Shown here one piece after another: positions 47,942 through 58,485 of a DNA stretch of 64,000 nt. This DNA is from an uncultured Acidobacteriota bacterium (GTDB taxonomy: Bacteria; Acidobacteriota; Thermoanaerobaculia; Gp7-AA8). Under the pieces are notes generated by a model. It was not told where the DNA came from, did no database searches, and saw nothing but the letters and a program-made list of their open reading frames with translations. Each line of letters starts with the position of its first letter. The first letter of the stretch is position 1. A program made the translations under genes and the position numbers. The stretch spans positions 1,664,001 to 1,728,000 of the forward strand of contig CAWGHO010000003.1 of the NCBI GenBank assembly GCA_963822445.1, written 5' to 3'.

Positions 47942-48702
47942 GTCGCCTTCGCCCGCGCTGCGCCCATTGCGGCGAATCCGAGTTTGACGACCACGGTCAC
48001 GAGCCAGAGCGATACGACGATCACCGCGGACTTCATGCGCGACAGCTTCGAGAGCGTGGAGAACCCGATGACCAGCAGGATGATCGTCCAGATCGTGAAG
48101 ATGTCGAGCGACGTCAGCGCGGCGAACAGAATCGGCTGTTCCTTCATGTCGACGAGGAAGGCCGGATTCGACTTCACGAGCGTCTGCATCGTGGTCGGAT
48201 CGATCTCGCCGCGCGCCAGGGCGACGATGCCGGTGACGATCCCGCCGATCGTGAGCGGGATCCAGGAGTACAGCACCGTGGAGAAGGCCTGCTTGAAGTT
48301 GCCCTCACCTCCGAAGAGGCGATGCGCGAGGAGCAGCACGCCGGCGATGATGGCCCAGATCAGGATTCCCCAGATCGGACCGGTCCAGGCCATGACCTTG
48401 CCGAACGCGCTGCCCATCTTCGCCGCGCGATCGAGATCGGCGTCGGACATCTTGCTGTTCTGCGCGGCCATCTGCTCGCGGAAGGCCGACTCGAAATCCA
48501 TCCGCGGCACGATGAGCGCGGTCACGATGAAGCCGATCACCACGAGGATGATCAGCGGCGTCACGATGTCCGGCCGCCGGGCGATGTCCCTGAAAGTCTC
48601 CGCGGGGGCAAACAGCACCCCCGCGATCCGCTGAAACGTGTTTTTGGCTGGTGTCTCCGCCACTGGTGGCGGGGCTATGTATCCCGGGCTGTCTGTCGTC
48701 AT
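47938..48702 (-). CDS. Yip1 family membrane protein (YknW-like)
   Basis: AP.ETF..I..RP; about five TM helices; D.F.IW...L...G; ATGA overlap with TolC stop. Confidence 0.82.
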   Translation of the reverse strand: MTTDSPGYIAPPPVAETPAKNTFQRIAGVLFAPAETFRDIARRPDIVTPLIILVVIGFIVTALIVPRMDFESAFREQMAAQNSKMSDADLDRAAKMGSAFGKVMAWTGPIWGILIWAIIAGVLLLAHRLFGGEGNFKQAFSTVLYSWIPLTIGGIVTGIVALARGEIDPTTMQTLVKSNPAFLVDMKEQPILFAALTSLDIFTIWTIILLVIGFSTLSKLSRMKSAVIVVSLWLVTVVVKLGFAAMGAARAKAT

Positions 48703-50366
48703 TTCGGCTGTTCCTCCGTTCGGACTCTGCTCCCGTAGTTCAGCCAATTTACACGATCGAAGAACGTGTCGGGCGGGATGTCGACCTTCTCATCCTCGGC
48801 CAGACGGATGTCGTGCACTTCGAGGATGTCGCCGACCGCGCGGTGGTACGCGGCGACGGCTTTGCGGTAGCCGACGAGAGCGAGCAATTCGCGAACGCGG
48901 GCGTCCGCAAGCTGCTGCTGGACCTGGAGGACTTCGAAGTTCGTGGCCATGCCGTTTTCGTAGCGGCGGCGGGCCGCGTCGACGTTGCGCTCGGCGGCAT
49001 CGCGCGCCGCGCGGGACGCTTCGATGGTCCGCGCGAATTCATCGATCGCGCGCGCCGAGGAACGCACTTCGATGGCGATGTTCTGCCGGGTCTGCGACTC
49101 GAACGTGCGGGACTGCTGCAGGTCGAGCTGCGCGGCGCGGGCATTGGCGCGCGCCCGGATGTTGAGAAGCGGCAGTCCGAAATTGACGCCGATGTCCCAG
49201 CTCGGGAAATCGAGGCCGAGGATCTGTTCGAGTGTGTTGGCGTAGTTGGTGGACTCGATGAGCTCACCCTGTTGATTGAGTCTGCGTCCGGCGACGCCGC
49301 CGAGGTCGTAGCCGAGGGAGAGATCGACGGTGGGAAGCGTCTGATTGCGGAGGTACAGCGCCTGGACGCGCGCGTTTTCCGTCAGAAGGCTCTGCTGCAC
49401 GATCTCCGGCCGATTCGCGATCGCCTGGGCTACAGCGGTCTTCACGTCGACCGTCATCGGCTGGTAGGTGACGTCGTCCTCCGTCGGGATGATCGGCCGA
49501 TCCCACTCGGATTCGGGCAGGTTCAGCAGCCGGCGAAGCTGGTCCTCTGCATCACGAACCGTGGCAATCGCCGAAACCAGCGACTCCTCGGTCGTCGAGA
49601 CCTGCACGCGCGGCTGGAGAATGTCCAGCGGAGCAGCGGCGCCGACGTCGATGCGGATCTGGGTGATGCGCGACTGGTCGCGGGCCAGGAACAGCGATTC
49701 CTTCACCACTTCGACATTGCGGCGGGCGTAGATCAGATCGAGATAGGCCTGCTCGACGCTGTGGACGGTGTTCATCACCACGTTCTGGAACTCGCCGCGG
49801 GTGAAGCCGAGGTTGTTCCGGGCGATGGTGATCGCACGGCGGGTGATGTCCACGCCGAAGTCGCGCATCAGGGGCTGGGTGAAGCCGAAATTCAGTCCGG
49901 TGTCGTAGGACGGGTTGACGAACGTTCCGCCGCCGATGATGTTCTGGCGTGAGTTGGCGAATTCGACCGTGTACTGGCCGCCCGTCGGGATGATCTGGCT
50001 GATGCTGGCGTTCGCGACGATCCCACGCCGGCCGCTGGCCTCGAACGTGGAGGTGGTCGGCGTGCGATTGCTCGACATCAGCAGGTTCGCTGCGGAGACG
50101 AAGTCGAAGACGCCGTACTCGGCGCGGTGGTTCTGGCCCGAGATCTGGCGCTCGGCTGACTGAATCTGGACGCCCAGATTCTGATTCACGGCGGTGTTCA
50201 CCGCGTCGCTGAGCGAGAGGCGAAGGGCGCGCGGATCCGTGGCGTCGCGGTCGGTGTCGGCGACGACCTTTTCGGTCGTCCGCTGGACCGGCGCGTCCTG
50301 CGCGAGCATCGTCGCCGCGATCAGCGACAACAGACAGGTGGTAAGCAACCGTCGAACTGCGGTCAT
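48699..50366 (-). CDS. TolC family outer-membrane efflux protein
   Basis: Signal peptide; LSLSDAV..AV..N, TQPL, VEQAY.DL, RYENG.AT..EVL..Q; SD GGAGG before ATG 50366. Confidence 0.92.
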   Translation of the reverse strand: MTAVRRLLTTCLLSLIAATMLAQDAPVQRTTEKVVADTDRDATDPRALRLSLSDAVNTAVNQNLGVQIQSAERQISGQNHRAEYGVFDFVSAANLLMSSNRTPTTSTFEASGRRGIVANASISQIIPTGGQYTVEFANSRQNIIGGGTFVNPSYDTGLNFGFTQPLMRDFGVDITRRAITIARNNLGFTRGEFQNVVMNTVHSVEQAYLDLIYARRNVEVVKESLFLARDQSRITQIRIDVGAAAPLDILQPRVQVSTTEESLVSAIATVRDAEDQLRRLLNLPESEWDRPIIPTEDDVTYQPMTVDVKTAVAQAIANRPEIVQQSLLTENARVQALYLRNQTLPTVDLSLGYDLGGVAGRRLNQQGELIESTNYANTLEQILGLDFPSWDIGVNFGLPLLNIRARANARAAQLDLQQSRTFESQTRQNIAIEVRSSARAIDEFARTIEASRAARDAAERNVDAARRRYENGMATNFEVLQVQQQLADARVRELLALVGYRKAVAAYHRAVGDILEVHDIRLAEDEKVDIPPDTFFDRVNWLNYGSRVRTEEQPK

Positions 50367-50505
50367 GTAATAGATCCTCCCAAACACGGCTCTTGTACGA
50401 ATTGCCGCGGTGATGGTTTCTTGCTAAGTACGGCGGGCCGATGAAGACGACGGCATTCTAATGGATGGATTGCCCTCGCCGGCCGTACCTGAGGACGACC
50501 AGACC

Positions 50506-51513
50506 ATGCGTCATTTCCTCGGCCTTTTCGTCCTCCTCCTCCTCACCTTCTCAGCCTCCGCCGAAGTGGTAGCCGGCCGTCGGTTCATCCTCGTCCACGA
50601 CCAGTGGGCTCCCGCCGGCGGCGGAGCGGTCATGCCGCTCGGGGTTCCCGCCGAATCCGCAGCATTCGACGGCGAGCGGTTCCTCGTGGTTTGGCGGGAA
50701 GGAACCACGATGCGGATCGCGCTTTTCGATGAAGGCGCGAGCACGGCGATCGCCGAGTCCTCGGTCGCCGTGCCTCCGTTCGCGCCTCTGTTCGTCCGAT
50801 GGGAGGGATCGCGGTATGTCGTGGCCGCCGGTGGCGATCCGGGCGTGGTCGCCGTCGTCTCACCGCAGGGAGTGCTCGAGTCGGTCAGACCCGTGAGCGG
50901 TGCGCGCAGCCTGGTCGACGTGGCCGCGAGCGCGTCCGGCGTCGCGCTGCTCCTCCACTACTCGACCGAAACGCACTCCGGCGTGGTCGACGTGATGCTT
51001 CTCGACAGCGAACACCTCGCTGCCCGGCGCACGACCGTCGGAGCGGTGCAAGCAAGCACGGGGTTCGGCGCGACCTGGATCGGCACGCCTAGGATCGTCC
51101 CGTTTGGATCGGTGTTTTACGTCGTCTGGCGTGAGGCCCGCGCGGGACGCTACGACCGATTGCTCGGCACACAAATGAACCTCGACGGATCAGCGGTCGC
51201 CGGGACACTTCTCGAGACCGCGTATGCCTACCCGTCGCCGTACGCCGTCTTCGTTCATCCGTACGGGACGCGGCTGGCGGTGAATGCGGTGCGCGAGTGG
51301 GGCAGCGGCATCACGACCACGCTCGTCGAACAGGATGGCACCGCGCGGCAACTCACCGATTACTTCGGCACCGCCAATCTGCCGAAACTGGCCACGGTAC
51401 GCCTGCCCGACGGATCGATCTTCGCGATCTACGTCGTCGATGGCGTGGCGAAGATCAAGCCGGTGCTGAACCCGCCGGCGGCACCGCCGCGGCGGCGTTC
51501 CGCGCGACATTGA
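50506..51513 (+). CDS. Hypothetical secreted protein with C-terminal PPRRRSARH tail
   Basis: Signal peptide; [11 protein letters not shown]-type beta repeats; Pro linker and basic tail. Confidence 0.7.
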   Translation: MRHFLGLFVLLLLTFSASAEVVAGRRFILVHDQWAPAGGGAVMPLGVPAESAAFDGERFLVVWREGTTMRIALFDEGASTAIAESSVAVPPFAPLFVRWEGSRYVVAAGGDPGVVAVVSPQGVLESVRPVSGARSLVDVAASASGVALLLHYSTETHSGVVDVMLLDSEHLAARRTTVGAVQASTGFGATWIGTPRIVPFGSVFYVVWREARAGRYDRLLGTQMNLDGSAVAGTLLETAYAYPSPYAVFVHPYGTRLAVNAVREWGSGITTTLVEQDGTARQLTDYFGTANLPKLATVRLPDGSIFAIYVVDGVAKIKPVLNPPAAPPRRRSARH

Positions 51514-52687
51514 GCCCTTCCGGATCGCTCTGAGCCGGGAGCGGGTCGCCCGCGAAATGGCACGCCGCGAAGTGTCCCGGCTTGTGCTCGATCAGCGGCG
51601 GAACCTCGGTCTTGCAGATCGGGAACTGCGCGATCGGACAGCGCGTGTGGAAGACGCAGCCGCTCGGCGGATTGAGCGGCGTGGGGATGTCGCCCTTCAG
51701 CAGGATGCGGGTCTTCTTCAGCGTCGGATCGGGAATCGGCACCGCGGAAAGCAGGGCCTTTGTGTACGGATGGAGCGGATCCTCGTACAGCGCGCGGCGC
51801 GGCGAGAGCTCCATGATCTTGCCGAGGTACATGACCGCGACGCGCGTGGAGATGTGCTCGACGACGGAGAGGTCGTGGGCGATGAAGAGGTAGGTCAGTC
51901 CGAGCTCGTCCTGCAGATCCATCAGCAGATTGACGACCTGGGCCTGAACGGAAACGTCGAGCGCGGAGACCGGCTCGTCGAGGACGAGGAACTTCGGATT
52001 CGTCGCCAGCGCGCGCGCAACACCGATGCGCTGCCGCTGCCCGCCGGAGAACTCGTGCGGATAGCGTTTCCGGTAGTCGGGGCTCAGGCCAACGCGTTCG
52101 AGAAGCTGCGCGACGCGATCGCCGCGCTCCGAGCCGCCCATGTCGCCGTGGATGATCAGCGGCTCGGCGACGATCGACCCGACGGTCATCCGCGGGTTGA
52201 GCGACGCGTATGGATCCTGAAACACGATCTGCATGTGACGGCGCATGCGGCGCATGTCCCCGCTGTCGAGGCCGAGGACGTCCGTGCCTTCGAACTCGAC
52301 CGAGCCGGAGGTCGGTTCGATGAGCCGGAGGATGCAGCGGCCGACCGTGGTCTTGCCCGATCCCGATTCGCCGACCAGGCCCAAGGTTTCCCCTTTTGCG
52401 AGACCGAAGCTCAGACCGTCGACGGCTTTGACCTGCGCGACCACGCGCGCGAGCACGCCGCGTTTCACCGGAAAGTACTTCTGCAGATCCTTGACGACGA
52501 GCAGCGGCTCGCCGAGCCCGATCGGAATCTTCGGCGTCGTCTGCGGCGCGGATTTCTCTCTCGGATCATGCGTCGGCTTCGCATCGCGATCGACCTGACG
52601 CGCGGTCTGATCGGCGGGCGTTTGCAGCCCGCCCGTGATCGCGGGGGCCACGCCGTCGTCGCCGGGGATGAAGGGCTTGTCGCTCAT
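51455..52687 (-). CDS. Peptide ABC transporter ATP-binding protein (OppF/DppF)
   Basis: [56 protein letters not shown]. Confidence 0.94.
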   Translation of the reverse strand: MSDKPFIPGDDGVAPAITGGLQTPADQTARQVDRDAKPTHDPREKSAPQTTPKIPIGLGEPLLVVKDLQKYFPVKRGVLARVVAQVKAVDGLSFGLAKGETLGLVGESGSGKTTVGRCILRLIEPTSGSVEFEGTDVLGLDSGDMRRMRRHMQIVFQDPYASLNPRMTVGSIVAEPLIIHGDMGGSERGDRVAQLLERVGLSPDYRKRYPHEFSGGQRQRIGVARALATNPKFLVLDEPVSALDVSVQAQVVNLLMDLQDELGLTYLFIAHDLSVVEHISTRVAVMYLGKIMELSPRRALYEDPLHPYTKALLSAVPIPDPTLKKTRILLKGDIPTPLNPPSGCVFHTRCPIAQFPICKTEVPPLIEHKPGHFAACHFAGDPLPAQSDPEGLNVARNAAAAVPPAGSAPA

Positions 52688-52712
52688 CGCTCGACTCCGT
52701 CTCGCGACGAGC

Positions 52713-52806
52713 GGATTGAGGATTGAGAATTGAGGATTGAGGATGCGCGTGCTCGCGACTGTCGTTTGGTGTTCATCCTCAATCCTCAATCCTCAATTCT
52801 CAATCC
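52713..52806. repeat. Tandem 7-mer inverted-repeat hairpin (GGATTGA / TCAATCC)
   Basis: Four G(G/A)ATTGA units + GGATG, 28-nt loop, CATCC + four TCAAT(C/T)C units; supplies the oppD stop codon. Confidence 0.9.
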
Positions 52807-53917
52807 CTTCAAGCCTCTCCGGATCGGCCTCATCCCCATGCAGGTAGCACCGCGCAGCCTGTCCCGGATCGACCGGCATCAGCGCCGGTTCGTTGCCGAG
52901 GCAGATGTCCATGACGTCCGGACAGCGCGGGTTGAACTTGCAACCCTGCGGCAGATTGCTGATCGGCGGGACCATGCCTTTGATCGTTGCCAGGCGGTTC
53001 GGCGGCGGGTTGTACGAGTCAGGTGGCGCAGACACTCCTGTCTGCGCAGGCGCTACGACATCCTTGTCGACGATGCTCGGCAGCGATTTCAAAAGTCCGC
53101 GCGTGTACGGGTGCGAGGGATTCGAGAAGAGCTTCGTCACCGGCGCTTCTTCGACCACCCGGCCGGTGTACATGACGATGATCCGCTCGCAGAACTCGGC
53201 GACGACGCCGAGGTCGTGGGTGATGAGCAGGATCGCCAGTCCGAGTCGCTTCTGCAGCGACTCGAGCAGCTCCATGATCTGCGCCTGGATCGTGACGTCG
53301 AGCGCGGTCGTCGGCTCGTCGGCGATCAACAGCTCGGGATCACACGAAAGCGCGATGGAGATCATCACCCGCTGGCGCATGCCGCCGGAGAGTTGATGCG
53401 GATAGTCATGCAGACGCTTGTGCGGATCGGGAATCGACACCAGCTCGAGCATGTCCCCGGCCTGCTTCCACGCTTCTTTCTTCCCGACTTTGCGATGGAT
53501 GCGGATCGCTTCCGCGACCTGCTCACCGATCTTGAAGACCGGGTTGAGCGACGTCATCGGCTCCTGGAAGACCATGGCGATGTCGTTGCCGCGCACGGCC
53601 CGCATCTCCCGTTCCGGGATCTTGACGAGGTCGCGGCCTTTGAAGCGGATCTCGCCGCCGCTGATCTTTCCCGGCGACGCGACCAGCCGCATGATCGACA
53701 TCGCGGTCACGCTCTTGCCGCAGCCCGACTCGCCGACCAGCGCCACGGCCTCGCCCCTGCGCACGTTGAAAGAGATGTTGTCGACCGCGTGCACTTTGCC
53801 GCCGTCGCTCCCGTAAAACGTCGTGCGCAGGTTCTTGACCTCGAGCAGCGCCTCGGCCGGGTTCACGTCCACATCCGCGACAGCGGCACCGCTCATCCCA
53901 ACAGGCTGTTCCGTCAC
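52793..53917 (-). CDS. Peptide ABC transporter ATP-binding protein (OppD/DppD); start GTG 53917 or ATG 53896
   Basis: [54 protein letters not shown]. Confidence 0.94.
   Translation of the reverse strand: MTEQPVGMSGAAVADVDVNPAEALLEVKNLRTTFYGSDGGKVHAVDNISFNVRRGEAVALVGESGCGKSVTAMSIMRLVASPGKISGGEIRFKGRDLVKIPEREMRAVRGNDIAMVFQEPMTSLNPVFKIGEQVAEAIRIHRKVGKKEAWKQAGDMLELVSIPDPHKRLHDYPHQLSGGMRQRVMISIALSCDPELLIADEPTTALDVTIQAQIMELLESLQKRLGLAILLITHDLGVVAEFCERIIVMYTGRVVEEAPVTKLFSNPSHPYTRGLLKSLPSIVDKDVVAPAQTGVSAPPDSYNPPPNRLATIKGMVPPISNLPQGCKFNPRCPDVMDICLGNEPALMPVDPGQAARCYLHGDEADPERLEGIEN
53023..53047. repeat. REP-like palindrome inside the oppD coding sequence
   Basis: GTG-GCGCAGACA-CTCC-TGTCTGCGC (9-bp perfect stem); encodes AQTGVSAP in an unusually long loop. 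Confidence 0.6.
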
Positions 53918-53940
53918 GCGCGGGGATGGTAGCAAGAACG

Positions 53941-55590
53941 TTACCGCCTCACGAACCGGCTCAAGGTCGAGCGCACTTCCGGTACGCCCAGAGCGAAGGC
54001 AACGCCGAAGTAGATGACGCCGAACACGCCGCAGGCGAGGATGGCCTCGGAGTACTGCTGCAGCGGCAACCGCAGGTCGAGCAGGTCGATCGCCAGTGCG
54101 GCAAAACCGGCCAGGAATGCCGAGATCCAGAGCTTCGCGTAGAACCCCCACTTCGGCTGTCCCTCGCCCACCCGCTTTCGAACGGCGGCGCGAAGAAGGA
54201 TGAATTCGATCCAGGCTGCGAACGCCGAGGCCGTGCTGATGCCGACCACGCCGAGGGCGGTGAATCCGCCGAGTCGCTGCGGCACGGGCAAGCCGAGGCC
54301 GGCGACGATTGCGGCGAACATCGGCCGCAGCGGAAAGGCAAAAAGGAGGGCGAGCGCAGCGCCGCCGATCACGCGCGCGACGGCGATGCGAAACGGCGTC
54401 TTGGTGTCATGCAGCGCATAGAGAGTGGATGAGTAAAGACGGCCGAGGGTCGCGGCGAGGAGTCCGAGCGATGCGCCGACGAGGACGTACCAGACCAGCG
54501 ACGTCGTGTCTGGAATGAACTCTCCCCTCTCGTACAACGCGCGAATCAGAAGCCGGCCGATGAGGATGAACGCGACCACGGTCGGAATCACGAAGAACGC
54601 GACCTGCCGCAGGCTCCGATCGAGGCGCTTGCGGATCGCGGTATGGATCTCTTCCTCCGAACCGGTCTCGCTGGCCATCTGCGGCAGCTCGGCGTTGGCG
54701 ATGGCCATTCCGAACACCGAGATCGGCAGCATGTAAATCGCCTGCGCGTACAGAAGACTGGAGACCGCGCCGCTGGCGATGTGCGTCGCGAGCAGGACGT
54801 CGACGTATCCGCTGATCTGCACCACGCCGCGGCCGCCGATGACCGGAACGATGTTCCGAAAGATCGTGCGAACCGGCTCGAGCGCGCGATCGAAGCCGAA
54901 GGAAAGATGCTTCGAGTGTTTCAGTACGAACGGGATCTCGATCGCGAACTGCAGCGCGCAGCCGATCAGCGTCCCCCAGGCCAGCGCCACCGCGAGCGGC
55001 GCGCCCCGCATGCGCATCCCGAAGATCACCATCGTCGCGATCATGGCCGCGCTCCACAGCACGGGCGCGACGTAACCTATGAAGAACTGGCGATGGGAGT
55101 TGAGGATGCCGAGGGCCCAGGCGTAGAGGACGAGCAGGCCGACGCCGGGAAAGATGATCCGCGTCAATTTCACGGCGAGGGCCATCACGTCCGGCTCCAG
55201 ACCGCCGGCGGTGATCTGCAGAATGACCGGCGTGGCGATCACGCCGATGATCACGATCACCGTGACGCCGAGGGCGAGGAAGGAGGCGAAAACTCCGGCG
55301 ACGCGGCCGGCCAGACGCTCCTCCCCTTTCGCAAGCAGTCGCGAATAAACGGGGATGAACGCCGCGGACAGCACGCCTTCACCGAACATGTTCTGGAGGA
55401 AGTTCGGGACCTTCAGCGCGACGTTGAACGCGTCCGCGGCGGACGACGCGCCGAAGTAGCGGGCGAAGACGACCGTGCGGATCAGGCCGGCGACACGACT
55501 GAGAAGAATGCCCGCCGCAACGAGGATCGCGTAACCGCCGAAACGGGCCGCGCGCGGCTGCGGTGGTGGTACTGGAAGGGCCTCCGACAC
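53941..55590 (-). CDS. murJ: Lipid II flippase MurJ (MviN)
   Basis: [32 protein letters not shown]...Y.LP...FG, YAL.DTKTP. Confidence 0.92.
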   Translation of the reverse strand: MSEALPVPPPQPRAARFGGYAILVAAGILLSRVAGLIRTVVFARYFGASSAADAFNVALKVPNFLQNMFGEGVLSAAFIPVYSRLLAKGEERLAGRVAGVFASFLALGVTVIVIIGVIATPVILQITAGGLEPDVMALAVKLTRIIFPGVGLLVLYAWALGILNSHRQFFIGYVAPVLWSAAMIATMVIFGMRMRGAPLAVALAWGTLIGCALQFAIEIPFVLKHSKHLSFGFDRALEPVRTIFRNIVPVIGGRGVVQISGYVDVLLATHIASGAVSSLLYAQAIYMLPISVFGMAIANAELPQMASETGSEEEIHTAIRKRLDRSLRQVAFFVIPTVVAFILIGRLLIRALYERGEFIPDTTSLVWYVLVGASLGLLAATLGRLYSSTLYALHDTKTPFRIAVARVIGGAALALLFAFPLRPMFAAIVAGLGLPVPQRLGGFTALGVVGISTASAFAAWIEFILLRAAVRKRVGEGQPKWGFYAKLWISAFLAGFAALAIDLLDLRLPLQQYSEAILACGVFGVIYFGVAFALGVPEVRSTLSRFVRR

Positions 55591-55615
55591 GGCGGGATAA
55601 GATACTTTGCTTTCG

Positions 55616-56761
55616 ATGTCAGACACCCGACCCATCCTCATTGCAGGCGCGGGACCATCCGGTCTCGCCGCGGCAATCTCCCTCGCTCGCGCCGGGCGTG
55701 CCGTGGAAGTGCATGAAGCGAAGAAGGATGTAGGCACGCGCTTCATCGGCGACATCCAGATCATCGAGGGGTCGTCGGAGACCGAGCCGGTGCCCGATTT
55801 TCTCGATCGCATCGGCATCGAGCGCAACTTCTATTTCCGACCCGCGACCTGGGCCACGTTCTTCGACCACCGCAACAACGCCCGCACCATCAAGAGCCGC
55901 GATCCGTACGGCTACTTCATCCGCCGCGGCGCGGAAGAAACGACCCTCGATCGCGGACTGCTCGCCCAGGCCCGTGAACACGGCGCGAAGGTGATCTTCA
56001 ACAGCAGACTCGCGCCAGAGCAGGCGGATGTCGTGGCCACCGGTCCCGCCGCTCCGGACGGACTGGCGCGGGAGATGACCTGGAAGACCGACGAGCCGGA
56101 ACGGGTCGACGTCTACTTCAATCATCTGCTCGCGCCGGGCGGCTACGCGTACCTGTTCATCCTCGACGGCATCGCCACGTTCGGCTGCGCAATCGTCGCG
56201 GACTTCAAGAAGATCGACGACTACTTCGATCACTCCCTCGCCGCCGCGCAGAAGCTGCATCGATTCGAGATCCCCGCCGAGACCCGCACCGGCTACTCGT
56301 ACATGAACTTTCATCTGAAGCAGAGCGCGACCCGCGGCGAAGCGCGTTACGTCGGCGAGGCGGCCGGCTTTCAGGACTACCTGTTCGGACTCGGCATCCG
56401 CTACGCGCTCACCAGCGGCTGGCTCGCGGCGCGAAGCATTCTCGAGGAGCGCAGCTTCGACGAGCTCTGGACGCGCGAGCTCGGCGCGAAGCAGGAAACG
56501 AGTCTCGTCAATCGCTTTCTGTACGAGGCCGGCGGCAACAACGGCCTGTCGATGTTCGTCTGGCAGGCCTCGCGCGCGAAGGACTTCAACGGCTACCTGC
56601 GCGGCTGGCACAAGCGGACCTGGTGGAAGACGCTGCTCTCGCCGGTGGTGCGTCGGTTCTGGCGCCATCGCGGCCGCTGCCTGCACAAACCGCACGAGCA
56701 CTGGTGCCGCTCCCGCGACACCGAGATCAAAGTCCCGCCCCTCGGCCCGCTCACGCAATGA
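55616..56761 (+). CDS. FAD-dependent oxidoreductase (geranylgeranyl-reductase-like)
   Basis: IAGAGPSGLAAA..LA..G..V.V.E, PGGYAYLF, VGEAAGFQD.LFG.GIRYA..SG..AA. Confidence 0.85.
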   Translation: MSDTRPILIAGAGPSGLAAAISLARAGRAVEVHEAKKDVGTRFIGDIQIIEGSSETEPVPDFLDRIGIERNFYFRPATWATFFDHRNNARTIKSRDPYGYFIRRGAEETTLDRGLLAQAREHGAKVIFNSRLAPEQADVVATGPAAPDGLAREMTWKTDEPERVDVYFNHLLAPGGYAYLFILDGIATFGCAIVADFKKIDDYFDHSLAAAQKLHRFEIPAETRTGYSYMNFHLKQSATRGEARYVGEAAGFQDYLFGLGIRYALTSGWLAARSILEERSFDELWTRELGAKQETSLVNRFLYEAGGNNGLSMFVWQASRAKDFNGYLRGWHKRTWWKTLLSPVVRRFWRHRGRCLHKPHEHWCRSRDTEIKVPPLGPLTQ

Positions 56762-57606
56762 CGACAGTCGACGAGGCTTACCGCTACTGCCGCGCGATCG
56801 CGCACAAGCACGGAGCGAACTTTTCCGTCGGCTTCCGCTTCCTGCCGCCGGCGAAGCGGCGCGCGGTGTATGCGGCGTATGCGTTTTGCCGGGTTGCGGA
56901 TGACATTGCGGATGAGCCGGGCGAACGAATCACCGAACGCCTCGACGCCTGGCAATCCGAGCTCGAAGCCTGCTACGCCGGCCATCCTTCGCATCCCATC
57001 ACCATCGCTCTCGCCGACGCCCTCACCCGCTACGACATCCCTAAAAACGCGTTCATCGCGTTGATCGACGGCTGCCGCCAGGACATGGTCAAGACGCGCT
57101 ACGAGACGTTCGAGGAGTTGCTCCAGTACTGCGATCTCGTCGCGACTTCCATCTCCGACATCTCCCTCTCGATTTACGGCTATCGCACCGCGGCCGCGCC
57201 GGAGTACGGGCGCAATCTCGCCACTGCGCTGCAGCTCACCAACGTGACCCGCGACATCGGCGACGACCTTCCTCGCGATCGCATCTACATCCCCCGCGAA
57301 GAGCTCCGCCGCTTCAACGTCACCGAGCAGGAGCTGTTCGCGCGAGCGGAAAACGATCGGGTCCGCGCCCTCATCGAATTCCAGATCGAGCGGGCCGAGG
57401 GGTACTTCCGGGCCGCGGAGCCGCTCCTGGGGGAGCTGTCCTTCGACGCCAGGTTTCCGACCCTGCTCATGGGTGGAATCTACGCAACCGTCCTCGGCAA
57501 ACTGCGCAAGGACCCGCTGATCGCCATCCGCCGGAGGCTCTCGCTTTCGAAGCTGCAGAAGGTGCTGGTCGTGGGCAGCCGCGTGCTCCGTCCACACTTT
57601 ATTTGA
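56758..57606 (+). CDS. Phytoene/squalene synthase family protein (HpnD/CrtB-like)
   Basis: YAFCR.ADDIADE, Y.TFEEL..YC..VA, ALQLTN..RD.G.D, RIYIP; ATGA overlap with upstream gene. Confidence 0.9.
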   Translation: MTTVDEAYRYCRAIAHKHGANFSVGFRFLPPAKRRAVYAAYAFCRVADDIADEPGERITERLDAWQSELEACYAGHPSHPITIALADALTRYDIPKNAFIALIDGCRQDMVKTRYETFEELLQYCDLVATSISDISLSIYGYRTAAAPEYGRNLATALQLTNVTRDIGDDLPRDRIYIPREELRRFNVTEQELFARAENDRVRALIEFQIERAEGYFRAAEPLLGELSFDARFPTLLMGGIYATVLGKLRKDPLIAIRRRLSLSKLQKVLVVGSRVLRPHFI

Positions 57607-57641
57607 AACTCACAGATAATCAGGATCGTCTGACTGACGCG

Positions 57642-58379
57642 ATGAGGTGGGTGTTTTCGATCCTGGTGCTGTTTGGGGCGGCTGCGAACACCGCCGCGCA
57701 GCAGGACGTGACCTCGACGGCGGTCGTGCCCGTGGTCGGAAGCGTCTTCGGCGCGACCAACGTCCTCTGGAAAACGGACGTCGAGATCATCAACGAGACC
57801 GGCGGCGCGACCACAGTTGCGCTCGAACTGACGTCGGTTCCCGGCACGGCGCTCATCCTCGACCTTGCCCCGGGAGCCTCGCAGCGATTCAGCGACGTCG
57901 TGGGCCAGGCCTTCGGAGTCGATCTGGCGCTCTCCCCACTCCGCGTGACGACGATGGGCAGGCGATCGGTGACGGTGAAAGCGACCGCGTATGCCATCCG
58001 CGAAGGGACGATCTCGAAAACGCAATCGCTGGGGACGACCTACGGAACGGAGTACGCGCCGTTCCGGGCACTCGACGGACTCGCGTTCAGCGACGAAATG
58101 CGGACGAACATCGGTCTGGTGAACTTCAGCGACCGGCCGACAGACTTTCTGCTGGCCCTGCAACGTCTGCCCGGCCGCGACATGGCCGTCACCCGCGTCA
58201 ATGTGCCGGCGGAGTCGCTGCTGCACATCTCCATTCAGTCGCTTTTCCCTCTGATCACGAAAGGTGAGCATTTCCGCGTGGTCGTGGAGACGGTCGTGCG
58301 CGACACCTACGTCTACGCCTCGGTGATCGACAACGAGCACACGGGCACGTTCATCCAGCCGCGGGCCTCGTCGCGTTAG
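57642..58379 (+). CDS. Hypothetical secreted protein
   Basis: Signal peptide; VVPVVGS..GA....WKTDV.I.N, RTNIGLVN, YASVIDN motifs. Confidence 0.72.
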   Translation: MRWVFSILVLFGAAANTAAQQDVTSTAVVPVVGSVFGATNVLWKTDVEIINETGGATTVALELTSVPGTALILDLAPGASQRFSDVVGQAFGVDLALSPLRVTTMGRRSVTVKATAYAIREGTISKTQSLGTTYGTEYAPFRALDGLAFSDEMRTNIGLVNFSDRPTDFLLALQRLPGRDMAVTRVNVPAESLLHISIQSLFPLITKGEHFRVVVETVVRDTYVYASVIDNEHTGTFIQPRASSR

Positions 58380-58485
58380 GTGGACACATCGTCGTCGGCC
58401 GGTGACACGATGCCTCGCAAATCGCTGATTTCAGGCGGTAAATGACGGCACGAGAGCGGCTACGAAGCGGCGGCGAGGTGATCGC

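Noticed and set aside
58446-58461. Possible sigma-54 promoter CGGCACGAGAGCGGCT before the VWFA gene
   Set aside because: GG-N10-GC spacing fits but the TTGC element is poor; likely chance in high-GC DNA.
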